Source: Camelus dromedarius
Lineage: Eukaryota
DNA length: 64,000 bases
Direction of reading: 5' to 3'
Assembly (NCBI RefSeq): GCF_036321535.1
Contig: NC_087436.1
Span: 93,436,001-93,500,000 of the forward strand
The translations under genes and the position numbers were made by a program. The notes beneath the pieces are model-generated. The model was not told where the DNA came from and searched no databases. It saw nothing but the letters and a program-made list of their open reading frames with translations. Shown here one piece after another: positions 12,231-24,186 of the stretch; position 1 is the first letter of the stretch; the number at the start of each line of letters is the position of its first letter.

Positions 12231-14832
12231 TGAACAACATTTTTATGTCTTATTCACATCTTATGGCTGAAGAAATCGATTCATAGAAGTTATGTAACTT
12301 TCGTAAAATCATACAGTCATAAGAGATGGACCTGGAATTTCACCCCACGTTTGCCTGTCACCTCAGTGTGTTCAAAGCAAAGCTCCAAATGGTTAAATGA
12401 GTGCCAGAAGTTGTAATACCAGCAAGTGGCCAAGGTAGGACCGAAACCCAGTATGCTACGTGCCTCTTGGTTATTTATGTGGTTATTGGAATGAACATCA
12501 TGACTCCTTTTAGATTTTACTAAGACCGCATTTTTCAGAAGTGCTGGCCATTAACTTGACCTTGCTGATGGCCTTGGACAGAAGATCCAATGTGGTCTGT
12601 TTTGGCAAAAGCTTTCTTCAACACAGTGTCTTTCAACTTGTCAGAACAAAGAAATCTATTTCCCTAGAAACTGCCTTTGATTTCCCCTGCACTGCTGTCC
12701 TCTTTAGAAAGACACCTGAGCTGAGATTAAAAGGACCCGCTTGTAGTTTGGGTCCCTCCCTCCTGCATCCCTCCCCTCCTTCCCTCTCCTCCTTCCTTCC
12801 TTTCTTTTTTTTCCCCTCAGTTTTATTCTTCAAAGTATTTATTTTCAGTGGCTCTTCATCATCACTTGTTACCACTGCTTTATACTGTAGATGGCCTAGA
12901 CGGCCAAAGTGATGTATGGGATTGGAGCCAAAATGCTTGACTTGTGATTCTCTAAAACTGCCACATGGTTACAGGCTGGTTTCCAGTTATTATGTCTGTT
13001 AGGTTTGTGTGACGTCTTTGTATCTAAGAGATGGCGGAAGTTTCACCTTGAACACCTTTTTAGTATCTGCAAAGTTTAATGAGTGGATTAGGAGTTGTTT
13101 ACATAATAAAAAACAAGTTTAAAAAGATAGAAAACAGTTTACATAATAAGCCATAAGATGATACCCTGAAAAAGGTATTGAAACTACTAAATCCTTGTCA
13201 GAAAGGCAGGGAAAAGACCTTCATGGTGTTTTAAATCATCTGTTTAAAACTGATTTTCATTGTGTGTAACTATTGTAGTCTATGCATGTAAACTTAAATG
13301 TTGGAAACCATATGTTTTCACAAAATTTCTGAGGATCTTGGCTAACTTACCTGTGAAAAATAATGTTCCATATCCACCAGGGCAAAGCATTTAAGGAGAT
13401 ACAAGAAACTGTGACAGCAGCTTCCATATCACAAATGCAGGCTGGAATACTACAGAGAAATATATCAATATGAACACTAATTGATACATGAGACTGACAT
13501 ATAAAACTGCAAGCTGGAAAGGAATAGAAGTCGTCTTTAGAGTCTGGCTACATATGCCTCATATTCCTGGATTTATGCCCAGCGACTCAGCAGAGTAGGA
13601 AGGAAGTGCTAAGCCATTTTTTAAATGATGATATTGATGCAGGAGGGACAAGTCCACCTTCATCCTTTCTCCTGAGAAATTTGAGGTTATAAATTTGAGA
13701 TAGTATTTATGAGACCCTGAAACAGCATTTAAATCTTTTTTTTCACAGGCAGATGAACAGTATACATAGGATCAGGTGACTTTTTAATGAAAAAATAAAC
13801 AAAATGTTACCTTTACAAAGAGATTCTTTATGGCTTCTATACTTGTGAAACCTGCTTGTTCTCATCTCTCATATTTTCAAACTTACCATTATTTATTTTT
13901 TTGTAGCATACCAGGCCTAAGAGGTAATATACAGGGCAAAATTTATATGTGTTAAGAGAATTAAATAGAGCATGGTAAAAGAAAGAAGCCAAGGTTTTTG
14001 GTTTAAAATAATCCAGCTTAAAAATACGAAATCAAGAGAACAAAAGTATAAAATGACCATTAGGGTAAAAGGTGGGAAATGAAATGTTCTAATTCAGGCA
14101 GGGTTTCAGCTCTTTTTGACTTCAGTGACATTCTATTCTAGACATATCAAGTTCCTGGGTCTCTCTATTTTTACATGTCCTACATTCTATGAGCACAAGG
14201 AGTGAAGAAGACACAGAACGTGGAGTGGATGAGGATACCCACATATTTTCCAGTTCCCTTGGCAGTTACCTCACCTGTCTGAGCATCACTTTTCCCCTTT
14301 GTAAAACGGGGCTGCTCGGAGCACCCACCTCACAGAGTGCTGCCGGGATTACTTCATGTAAAGTGCTTAGCAAATAAGAAGCCCTCACATACGTGAATCA
14401 TTACACATGGAAGGACAGTTATACCGATGGAAATACATATCATAAATTGTTTTTGTGGAATTCCAGATTTTCTTGTCCTGGTCCGAGAGTCAAAGGCTGC
14501 TTCCTTCTCTTGTTTAAAGCAGCCATCACCCACCCTCTGCTGATGCTTATCAAACTTCCCCCTCTCATTACTCCTTACAGAGAAGAACCTTGAACTCTTG
14601 GGCCCGCAGTTGCCTGCCCCAGGAGACACATGCCTTTTGAGATCGTGTGTCTCATCTAAAATTTTTTTGCCCATTTTGTATTCTACTTCATAGTAGATGT
14701 GCATAATATGAAATATTTCCCCCCAATTTTCTAGCACATTTGTCACTCAAGGGAAGATGTGGGTTTATCCTATGATTTCTAATAACTCCTAGAATGTGAA
14801 TCCATGTTCCCAGAGTATTAAAAATCCAGATA

Positions 14833-15507
14833 AAACAGTATAGAGATTCCTCAAAAGACTAGGAATAGACTTACCATATGACCCAGTAATCCTGCTCCTG
14901 GGCATATATCCAGAAGGAACCCTACTTCAGGATGACACGTGCACCCCAATGTTCATAGCAGCACTATTTACAATAGCCAAGGCATGGAAACAGCCTAAAT
15001 GTCCATCAACAGGTGACTGGATAAAGAAGATGTGGTATATTTATACAATGGAATACTACTCAGCCATAAAAACTGACAACATAACGCCATTTGCAGCAAC
15101 ATGGATGCTCCTGGAGAATGTCATTCTAAGTGAAGTAAACCAGAAAGAGAAAGAAAAATACCATATGAGATCGCTCATATGTGGAATCTAAAACAAACAA
15201 ACAAACAAACAAAAAAGCATAAATACAAAACAGAAATAGACTCATAGACATAGAATATAAACTTGTGGTTGCCAAGGGGGTGGGGGATGGGAAGAGATAG
15301 ACTGGGATTTCAAAATTGTAGAATAGATAAGCAAGATTATACTGTATAGCACAGGGAAATATATACAAGATCTTATGGTAGCTCACAGAGAAAAAATATG
15401 ACAATGAATATATATATATGTTCATGTATAATTGAAAAATTGTGCTCTACACTGGAATTTGACACAACATTGTAAAATGATTATAAATCAATAAAAAATG
15501 TTTTTAA
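14833..15507 (+). mobile_element. 5'-truncated young L1 (end of ORF2 plus 3' UTR), closely related to the full-length copy
   Basis: ORF 14949..15191 is nearly identical to the C-terminus of ORF 24187..25896. 13-bp TSD aaaaatccagata at 14820-14832 and 15508-15520. Confidence 0.95.
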
Positions 15508-16084
15508 AAAAATCCAGATAGAGAAACAGAGACTGACTCCCAGCCCTTAGGATCTGTTTAGTTAGGAAGAACTCATGGAGGCAGATCCTTTGCAGCAAGC
15601 AGGAATTCGGCCTCTCTGAGGACCTGGAACCAGCACGGTTTTCACTTTTCCTGATGCTGCCTCTCTCACAGTCATTTCCTTTTTTTGTTTGTTTGTATTT
15701 TTGTTTGTTTCTTTTGGATTGTCTTAGTTTCTAAAGAAACAGAGTCAGAAAAAGGAATTTAGTGCATCATGATTTATTGATGGAAAAACTTTTCTTCAGG
15801 AAAAGCCTTTAAAGGAAGGAAGGAAGGAAGCAAAAAATAAAGAAAGGGGAAGAACCTGGCATGGATGTGTTCTCGGGTAAAGTCTGAGTTGGCCTGATCC
15901 ACAGGGGAAGAGCTCTGGCGTAGGAGCCACCTTGCAGAACTGGTCTTCATTTGGGACAAGGTAGCAGCCTTTATACCCAGAGTCAGTTGTTGACTGTGCT
16001 GTCTTTGTGGGCTGTGTGTGCTCCATCAGGCTGGCAGCTTCCAGGTATGTGGCTAGGGACACAATCAGTGGATCCCTCAGTCTT

Positions 16085-16215
16085 TTGTGTGTTTGTGCGG
16101 GGGTGGGGGTGGTTATTGGGTTTATTTATTTATTTTTCATGGAGGTATTGGGGATTGAACCCAGGACCTTGTGCATACTAAGCATGCGTTCTGCCACTGA
16201 ACTATACCTCCCCAC
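16085..16215 (-). mobile_element. tRNA-Ala-derived SINE (Vic-1-like), inverted relative to the + strand
   Basis: Body gggattgaacccagg...ctgaactatacctcccca. 16-bp TSD tggatcc(c/g)tcagtctt at 16069-16084 and 16216-16231. Confidence 0.9.
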
Positions 16216-16229
16216 TGGATCCGTCAGTC

Positions 16230-17620
16230 TTGACCTCACTCCCACATCTCATTTGCTGTAAAGTGGGTCTCTGCGTTCCCATGCCAGGAGGAATCAAACA
16301 ATCCATAAGTCCTCAGATAGTGGTGCTTGATGAAGCCCTGCAGGCAAGAAAGGCAAAACCATACCAGTAATGGACATGTCTGTTTCTATGAAGATGAACT
16401 GCTGGCCCTCTCAGGGTGGAAGAGGTCCAGGGAAGTCAACATGCCACCATGGGACTGGTTGGTCTCCATAGGGAATGGCGCCATGTCAAGGGCTCGCCAG
16501 ATCTTTCAGTGTGCTAACACCTCATGCTCATCTGACCTGATTAGCATAATATTGTCACTGTAATGGGCCAGTGTGATATCCTCTGGGATGTCCAGAAAGT
16601 CTAGACCTCTTTACACTATATTATGATGGAAGATGAGAAAGATAGCCCTAGGGATGAACCATAAGTGTGTATTGTTGCCAAATTGTATGTGAATGCAAAC
16701 TGTTTCTGCCCTTCTTTTTGAAATGGAATAGAAAAAATACACATTTGTCGAATCAATTACTGCACACCATTTTGATTTGTTCCGGCAAAGATTCCACATC
16801 TAACAGGCAGCCATGGTAAAGCTGCTACTTGTGGGCTACAGTCATCTTCCAGGGTTCATCTTCCAGGATTCATCTACTTTGTGCAGGGGCTGGAGCAGTG
16901 AATTGGAGATATGATGGGGACCACCACGTCTGCAATCTTTGGATCCTGAGGGGTAGTACTAATCTCCACTACCCACCACTCCCAGGATATGATATTTTTT
17001 TGATTTACTATCTTGGCCAAGGAATGATGGTTTCAGTGCTCTTAGTCCACAGGCCAAGGACCCAGTGAGGGAGTTGCACTAACAGCCAAATATGTAAGTT
17101 CCTGTTTTACATTTGAGAATCAGAGAAATGGCCACTGGGTAGGTTTGCAAACCTAGTGGACCCACTGTAAGTCAGGCTGTGGCCAGATCTCCTTTTATTA
17201 CTCTCACAGAGGCTGTGATGAGGTAGCAAGTCAATTCAGACCCTGTATCCAATAGTCCTTGAAATGCCTGGATATTATCTTTTCCCCAGTGTACATTTAT
17301 GTGAGTAAATATCCACAGGTCCCCTTTGAGAGAGACTCAGGGTATTATTACCATGCATACTCACCACTATGCTGCAGGATCCTTATTCTTGGTGACTCAA
17401 TCAATGAGTCCAGGTCCTAAAACACAGCAAGGAATGATAACTTCTTATTGGGAATTGTAACTTCTTTTAGTTTCATGGTCTCCTATCCTTGATTTCTTCT
17501 ACTAATAAGTGGTATCCTGGTCAATCATACTCCCCCACTGCAGATTGGTAATTTTCTTCACCCTCCCCTAACCAAACCCTAAGTTCCAGGAACACTGAAC
17601 TTTCATCATTCTTTAAAGAT
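16230..17620 (-). mobile_element. Decayed ERV-L/class III endogenous retrovirus internal region (protease, RT and part of the integrase region)
   Basis: Minus-strand translation gives VHWGKDNIQAFQGLLDTGSELT (aspartic protease; LLDTGSELT at 17229-17255). Frameshifted RT-like motifs KIVNQK..., WKMTV, WCAVID, GQKQFAFT and QQYT follow. Confidence 0.8.
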
Positions 17621-19367
17621 GCAATGAATTCCCCTGCAGGTTTCCAGATACCAAATATATTCTCAGTATTGGATAGCTATTCCTTGTCTCCTCCTAGTAA
17701 GTTTCTACTCTTCCTTGGAGACAGAGATAAAATATCTCCTCTGTGAAGCCCGTCCCTCATTCCCTTCCATGGTGCTCCTATAACCCTCTTTTATTCCTTG
17801 ATCATGTATTTATTACACTGTGTGAGAATTACCTGCTTATGTGTGACGGCTAAGTGGCAAGGTCTGCCTTACTTCTCTTCCTATCCCTGCATCTTGGCAT
17901 GCTTCAGTGCATGAGGTGGAGCTCGATAAATCTGTGCTAAATTAATGAAGCTTCCTTCTTAACCAGTTGTCTTCAAAGTGGCTGCGATTAGTGCAGGGCA
18001 GTGTAAGTGATCTTAACCAGCCCTTATTTGCATAATTAATCCTCTCGATTTTCTTCGTCTCACATGTTAATTTTATACTTGCATTTATTCCATGTTTTAT
18101 AGATGTTACTTGGGAGTGAGATCTCTGCCATCCCTATTTCCACAAAGATTTCAAAATAAAATTTTACCTGGTATTTAAACAAGAAAAAATCCACACATAA
18201 TGGATGTAATTCAACTCATGTTTGGAGAAAGGCCAAGATGTTGTCTGTAAATGTGTGAATGAGGAATGGGTTTGCCCAAAACTTCAGTTTAGGTGGCCAA
18301 CAGGTCAAATGAAGGAGGTAGGACTGAAATTTGACTATAATTGATATGCACCTTGTATTCAAAAATAATCAATCTGAGAAAGCTTAGCCTAGCATAAACC
18401 CAGAAGCCCCAAGAGTGAGCGCTCCTAGCCCTGCGCATGCATACAACCCAACCCCTACACTGGAGTCCACCAGTGTGCAGGAGTTCTCCATTGCGCAGGG
18501 GTCCTACTCTGCCATCAGATACACACAGAAGCTGTCGGAACCTCAGGTGGTTAAGTGTTCACTTCACACCCTTCTCACCCCTTCTTCTGATTCCACTGGA
18601 CCTAGGAAATGACCTTCTGGTTGTAATTTGGAATCTACCACACCATACTGGATGTGATAGTTGCAGATCTTACTATAAATTAAGTAATCTGTGAGCGTGG
18701 TGAATACAAAGTATTAACTGTAAAGTATTCTGACCAAACTAAGTCTCTGAGACTAAAAGCTAAAGCTCTGATCCAGTTTTGGCAGCCAGCCTGCCTCGGC
18801 CCTGGGAATCTTACCTCCTCCTGTACCTTCTCTCAAACCACTGCTTGTGTGATGGTTTCCTAAGCAGTGGTATCTCCTTCTCTGTGTTACTTCCTTTTTG
18901 GGTATCTATCTTGTCTCTTCTTTTAGATCAGTGTTCTTCCAGCATTTTTGGCTAGTGTGGACCATAAACAATGTAACCCCCTTCTGCATTTTTAAACTGA
19001 CATGTAAAAAATTTTGTCTCACATTTAAATCAATGCAAAGAATATAATTTCTGGTGCATTAGATATATTGATAGAGTGTTATTCTTTTAAATATTTCCAA
19101 CAGAATTAAATGCCACAGCAATCTGATACTCACTATCATGTATTTTTGAAATACTTAAGCCAGCTGTTCATTAATAGTCGGAAGTTTTACATTGTCCTTT
19201 TTTGCTCTTTATCTCTTATTTCCATTCCATTTATCCTGGAAAATTTTATCCTAATGTAACATATTTTTGTGCCTAACAGTATTTATTTATCATTTCTAGC
19301 ATAAGTCTCTGAATATAGAAATTAAATTTTATTTTTATTTCTTATGCCTTAAGTCTTTAAATATTTT

Positions 19368-20905
19368 TTTATTGAAGTATAGTTGATGTACAATGTTGTG
19401 TTAATTTCTGGTATACAGCATAATGATTCAGTTATTCATATATATTCTTTTTTATATTCTTTTTCATTTTAGGCTATTACAAGATGCTGAATATAGTTCT
19501 CTGTGCTATACAGTAGGACCTTGTTGTTTATCTGTTTTATATATAGTAGTTTGTAGCTGCTAATCCCAAACTCCTAATTTATCCTTCTCCCTCCTTTCCT
19601 TTTTGGTAACCATAAGTTTGTGTTCTATGTCTGTAAGTCTATGAGTCTATTTCTGTTTTGTAAATAAATTCATTTGTATCATATTTTTATATTCCACATA
19701 TAAATGACATCATGTGGTATTTGTCTTTCTCTGTCTGACTTAGTTCACTTAGTATGATAATCTCTAGGTCCATCCATGTTGCTGCAAATGGCATTACTTC
19801 ATTCTCTTTTATGGCTGAGTAACATATATATATATATACTACATATATATATATATACACACACTACATATATATATATAAAACAACTTTTTTATTCAAC
19901 CATCTGTTGATGGATATTTAGGTTGCTTCCATGTCTTGGCTATTGTAAATAGTGCTGCTGTGAACATTGGAGTGCATGTATCTTTTTGAATTAGAGTTTT
20001 CTCTGGATATATGCCCAGGAGTGGGATTGCTGGATCATATGGTAAATCTATTTTTAGTTTTTTAAGGAGTTTCCATACAGTTTTCCATAACAGCTGCATT
20101 AAATAACATTCCCACCAACAGTGTAGGAGGACTCCCTTTTCTCCACATCCTCTCCAACTTTTATCATTTGTAGACTTTATAATATTGGCCATTCTAACTG
20201 GTGTGAGGTAATACGTCCTTGTAGTTTTGATTTGCATTTCTCTAATAGCAATATCGAGCATCTTTTTCATGTGCCTATTGGCTATCTGTATGTCTTCATT
20301 GGAAAAATATCTATTTAGGTCTTCTGTCCATTTTTTGATTGGGTTATTTGTTTGTTTTTTGTTGTTGTTATAGAGTTGTACGAGCTGTTTGTATATTCTG
20401 GAAATTAAGCCCTTGTCAGTCACATCATTTGCACATATTTTCTCCTATGCCATGGGCTGTCTTTCTGTTTTGCTAATGGTTTCCTTTGCTGTGCAAAAGC
20501 TTATAAGTTTAATTAGGTCCCATTTGTTAATTTTTGCTTTTATTTCTACTGCCTTGGTGGACTGACCTAGGAAAACATTGCTGCAATTTATGTTAGAGAA
20601 TATTTTGCCTATGTTCTCTTCTAGATTTATGGAGTCCTATCTTATGTTTAAGTCTTTAAGCCATTTTGAGTTTATTTTAGTGTACGGTGTGAGGAAGTAG
20701 TCTAACGTCATTGATTTACATGCAGCTGTCCAGATTTCCCAACACCACTTGCTGAAGAGACTCTTTTCTCCATTGTGTATTCTTGCCTCCTTTGTCAAGG
20801 ATTAATTGACCGTAGGTATATGGGTTTATTTCTGGCCTCTCTGTTCTGTTCCATTGATCCATATGTCTGTTTTTGTGCCAATACCACACTGTTTTGATTA
20901 CTGTC
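19368..20905 (-). mobile_element. 5'-truncated L1 of an older subfamily (about 1.5 kb)
   Basis: ORF 19896..20423(-) is the ORF2 C-terminus with the CCHC region. 18-bp TSD taagtctttaaatatttt at 19350-19367 and 20906-20923. Confidence 0.95.
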
Positions 20906-21961
20906 TAAGTCTTTAAATATTTTAGAATATCTTCTAGTTTGAGTTACTATTGTTACCAGCAGATTATTAATCAAAGTATCATAAATGTTACAAATTTTAT
21001 GGATAATTATTAAACATAAAAAGTAAAAAAAAAGTTTGATGCATATCTCAATGGGATGAATGAGGCTATATTTTTAAAAAATTAGTTTATGTATTTGCAG
21101 ATGAATAAAGGTACTACTATTTCTAGGAGGCTTAATCATATTAAATATAAATCTTCTACTATTGAGACAGGGCTTAACGTCAATTTCATTCCTGTTTTTC
21201 ACTGTTACAGACATAGCTCAGAGAAACCTTGTTCACATAAAAAGGACAGATAGAAGTGGAAGGAATTTTGTTGTATCAATACCACTACATCTTTTGCACT
21301 TCATCTAGGTTATATGCCAAAATCATCTAAAAATTATGTTCAGTCATCTATTAGCTGATGACTTCATTCCTTCTACCTTCAATTTTGTTAATGGCAAAAA
21401 ATCAGAATCACAGGACTTGTACAGCAACACAGCCTTTGTGGTCTATAGCTACCGCAGCACTGCTGGCAGCATGTTGAACTGCACCTTTGCTTAGTTTTAC
21501 ACATGAGGCACCACACCAGAGTTAAGAGCCAGGTTGGGACAGAGACGTGCCTTTCTTCTGTAAAGAAGATGAAGAGTGACCGTGAAAGGGAGGACGGAGG
21601 ACCAGCCTGACACAGACACCTTCCCAGGCAGGCTTTTAGGAGAGCTCTTTCCCTTGTTGAAGCGGTTGTGAGGATTAGGGAATGAAAGCTCCTGTGCTCA
21701 TCACAGAGCTTCTTAGCTACTTTGTGTACAGAATCTGGTAAAACAACTTACCTACTTGGATTTTCTTTTCTTTTTTTTACCTTTTCGGCTAATTTTCCCT
21801 AATTTCTGTGTTTTCTCCAGTCTAAAAGAATTGGACATATCTGGAGATAATTATAACCAGCTAGGGAGACATTTAGTAGCTTGAGGTTATAGAGGCTTTT
21901 TCTGTGTGTTTAACAAATGTAATTATCTGACATTACTTTTAAAGAACATTCAACTGGTTCA

Positions 21962-22430
21962 TGTAGTGGGACATCTGTTGTTTCTGCCTACTCAGCATTC
22001 ATTCCCCTTTTATTAACAAAACAGCCCTTTTAGGGGGAGGGGAAGGGCACCCTCACTAGTTCTCAGCCGTTTGCTTTGGTGTGGCTGGACTCCCTCACTC
22101 CCCTAATGTTTCTGGCTTTAATATGAGCAGGAGTCTCAGTCTAGGCTCTCAATTCCAGGACTTTGGCCAGAGCTGGTGGAATTACTGGCCAGGAGAGTGC
22201 AGTCTGGAGCTGCTGGAGGCCACGATGGAGAAAGGCTTTAGGGAAGAGTGATTCAACCCAGACAGAAATAGGGAGGCAGGATATATAGCTGGAGGTGATA
22301 ATATCCTCTGAATCCGCTGGTCCCAGTCACCACCAGCCTACACCTGGACTCTCTAGCTATACGTGTCAGTGCAGTCTTTCTTTTGCCCCAGTCTGCTCTG
22401 GCCCTATAACTCAAAGTACCCTGACTAATA
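21962..22430 (+). mobile_element. Old MaLR/ERV-L solo LTR (MLT1/LTR16-like)
   Basis: Starts tgtagtggg..., contains tggagctgctggaggccac and ends ...ccctgactaata. Confidence 0.55.
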
Positions 22431-22639
22431 TGGTGTGTAGTCATCTTTAATAAGATTCTTTCTACTCCCCAACACTAATGAAGAAGTGGAGATTATTTTG
22501 TAAATATAGATTACTGTATGAGGTATGTGTCTATGTTCTCAAATGCAGGTAAAAAAAGCTTGCTTTCTTTCTTTCTTTCTTTATTTCTTTATTTATTTAT
22601 TTATTTATTTATTTATTTTCAGTGTACTTACTTAAATTT

Positions 22640-22815
22640 TTTTTTAATTGTGGTAAAATACATATAATATGAAATTTTCCTTCTTACCCATTTTAAATTG
22701 CATAGTTCCGTGGCATTAAGTACATTCACATTGTGTGCACCCATCACCACTCTCGATCTCTAGAACTCTTTTCATCTTGCAAAACTGAAACTGAAAATAT
22801 AACTCCTTATTTCCC
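22640..22815 (-). mobile_element. Old L1 3' UTR fragment next to a (TTTC)/(TTTA)n tract
   Basis: aattgtggtaaaatacatataa...cattaagtacattcacattg...cccagcccctggca. Confidence 0.75.
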
Positions 22816-23248
22816 CCTCCCCCCAGCCCCTGGCAGCAGCTTCAGTTGTACTGTAGATATAGAAGACTGCGTGAGGCTAATACCTGAGGGAAATTGTCCT
22901 CTAAAATGTGAGACATTTATTGTGCCTCTCTTGTTACTGCAAATGACATTTGGGGGATCCATTTATCAGATTTGCTGTTCGTTCTACACATTGTTGCTAA
23001 ATTAATACTGAAATAAAATGGAAGTAAAGTAACTCTGAACCTAGGGAGATTTTGTTTTTCTTTTTAGTTTGTCGTCAATGACAATTCCACAGAAAAGGAC
23101 GGTAACATTTCACAAGAACTTTTTAGACTTTATTTTGTCCTTGATACCTTTGACAATCTCTAAAGTGTAGAGATATTAGTTTATCTTAGCAGAAATTTTT
23201 CAGTAGATGTTTATTTATCTATAAATGTCTTTATTTGGAGTGGACGGG

Positions 23249-23480
23249 TGTATTGGTTTCCTAGGGCTGCCGTAATGAGACACCACAAACTAGATGGCTC
23301 CAAACAACAGGAATTTATTCCCTCACAGTTCTGGAAGGTGGGAATCCAAAATCAAGGTGCCAGCAGAGTTGGTTCATTCTGAGGGCTCTGAGGGACAGTC
23401 TGTTCTGTGCTCCTCTCCTCATTTGTGTAGACGGGCAGCAATTCCTGGCGTCCTGGGCTTGTGGCTGCAGCTCTCTGATC
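23249..23480 (-). mobile_element. MLT1 (MaLR) LTR fragment
   Basis: tgtattggtttcctagggctgcc...aatttattccctcacagttctgga...atcaaggtgccagcag. Confidence 0.75.
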
Positions 23481-24186
23481 TTTGTCATGCGTATTTGTTT
23501 TCCACTTTGTTGTTTTTTAAACGGTGAAAACAGGAGCCAATGTGTTTGTTTTCTGATGACCATAATCCAAAAGAAACTTTACCACTCTAACGTATTTAAT
23601 ACTTAGTGTTGGTTTTCTTCACTCAATGTAAGCTCTGCTGTCTTTGGGTGGTTTATGTTCCAGGTCAACTGACACAGGGCAGGAGACTCTTAAATGCTAA
23701 CGAGCTCTCTTTCAGGAACAAGGATGGCTTCAGTTCCAGGGATGCAACAGGCCAGTTTATGAACAGCAAATGCTAGCTGTAGGTACCTTTGGAAAATACC
23801 TTATAAACTAGTAATGGAGTCCAATAAAACATTTTCTGCACTAAGGTTTCGTAGATGTCACAATTCTTTTTTTTTTTTTTTTAACATTTTTTATTGATTT
23901 ATAATCATTTTACAATGTTGTGTCAAATTCCAGTGTTCAGCACAATTTTTCAGTTATTCATGGACATATACACACTCATTGTCACATTTTTTTCTCTGTG
24001 AGTTATCATAACATTTTGTGTATATTTCCCTGTGCTATACAGTGTAGTCTATTTTACAATTTTGAAATCCCAGTCTATCCCTTCCCACCCTCCACCCCCC
24101 TGGTAACCACAAGTCTGTATTCTCTGTCTGTGAGTCTATTTCTGTCCTTTATTTACGCTTTGTTTTTGTTTGTTTGTTTTTGTTTT

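Noticed and set aside
18929..21500. Possible hAT/Charlie remnant hosting the 19368-20905 L1
   Set aside because: Only a weak TIR-like start (cagtgttctt) and AT-rich sequence were seen; no transposase motif or matching end was found.
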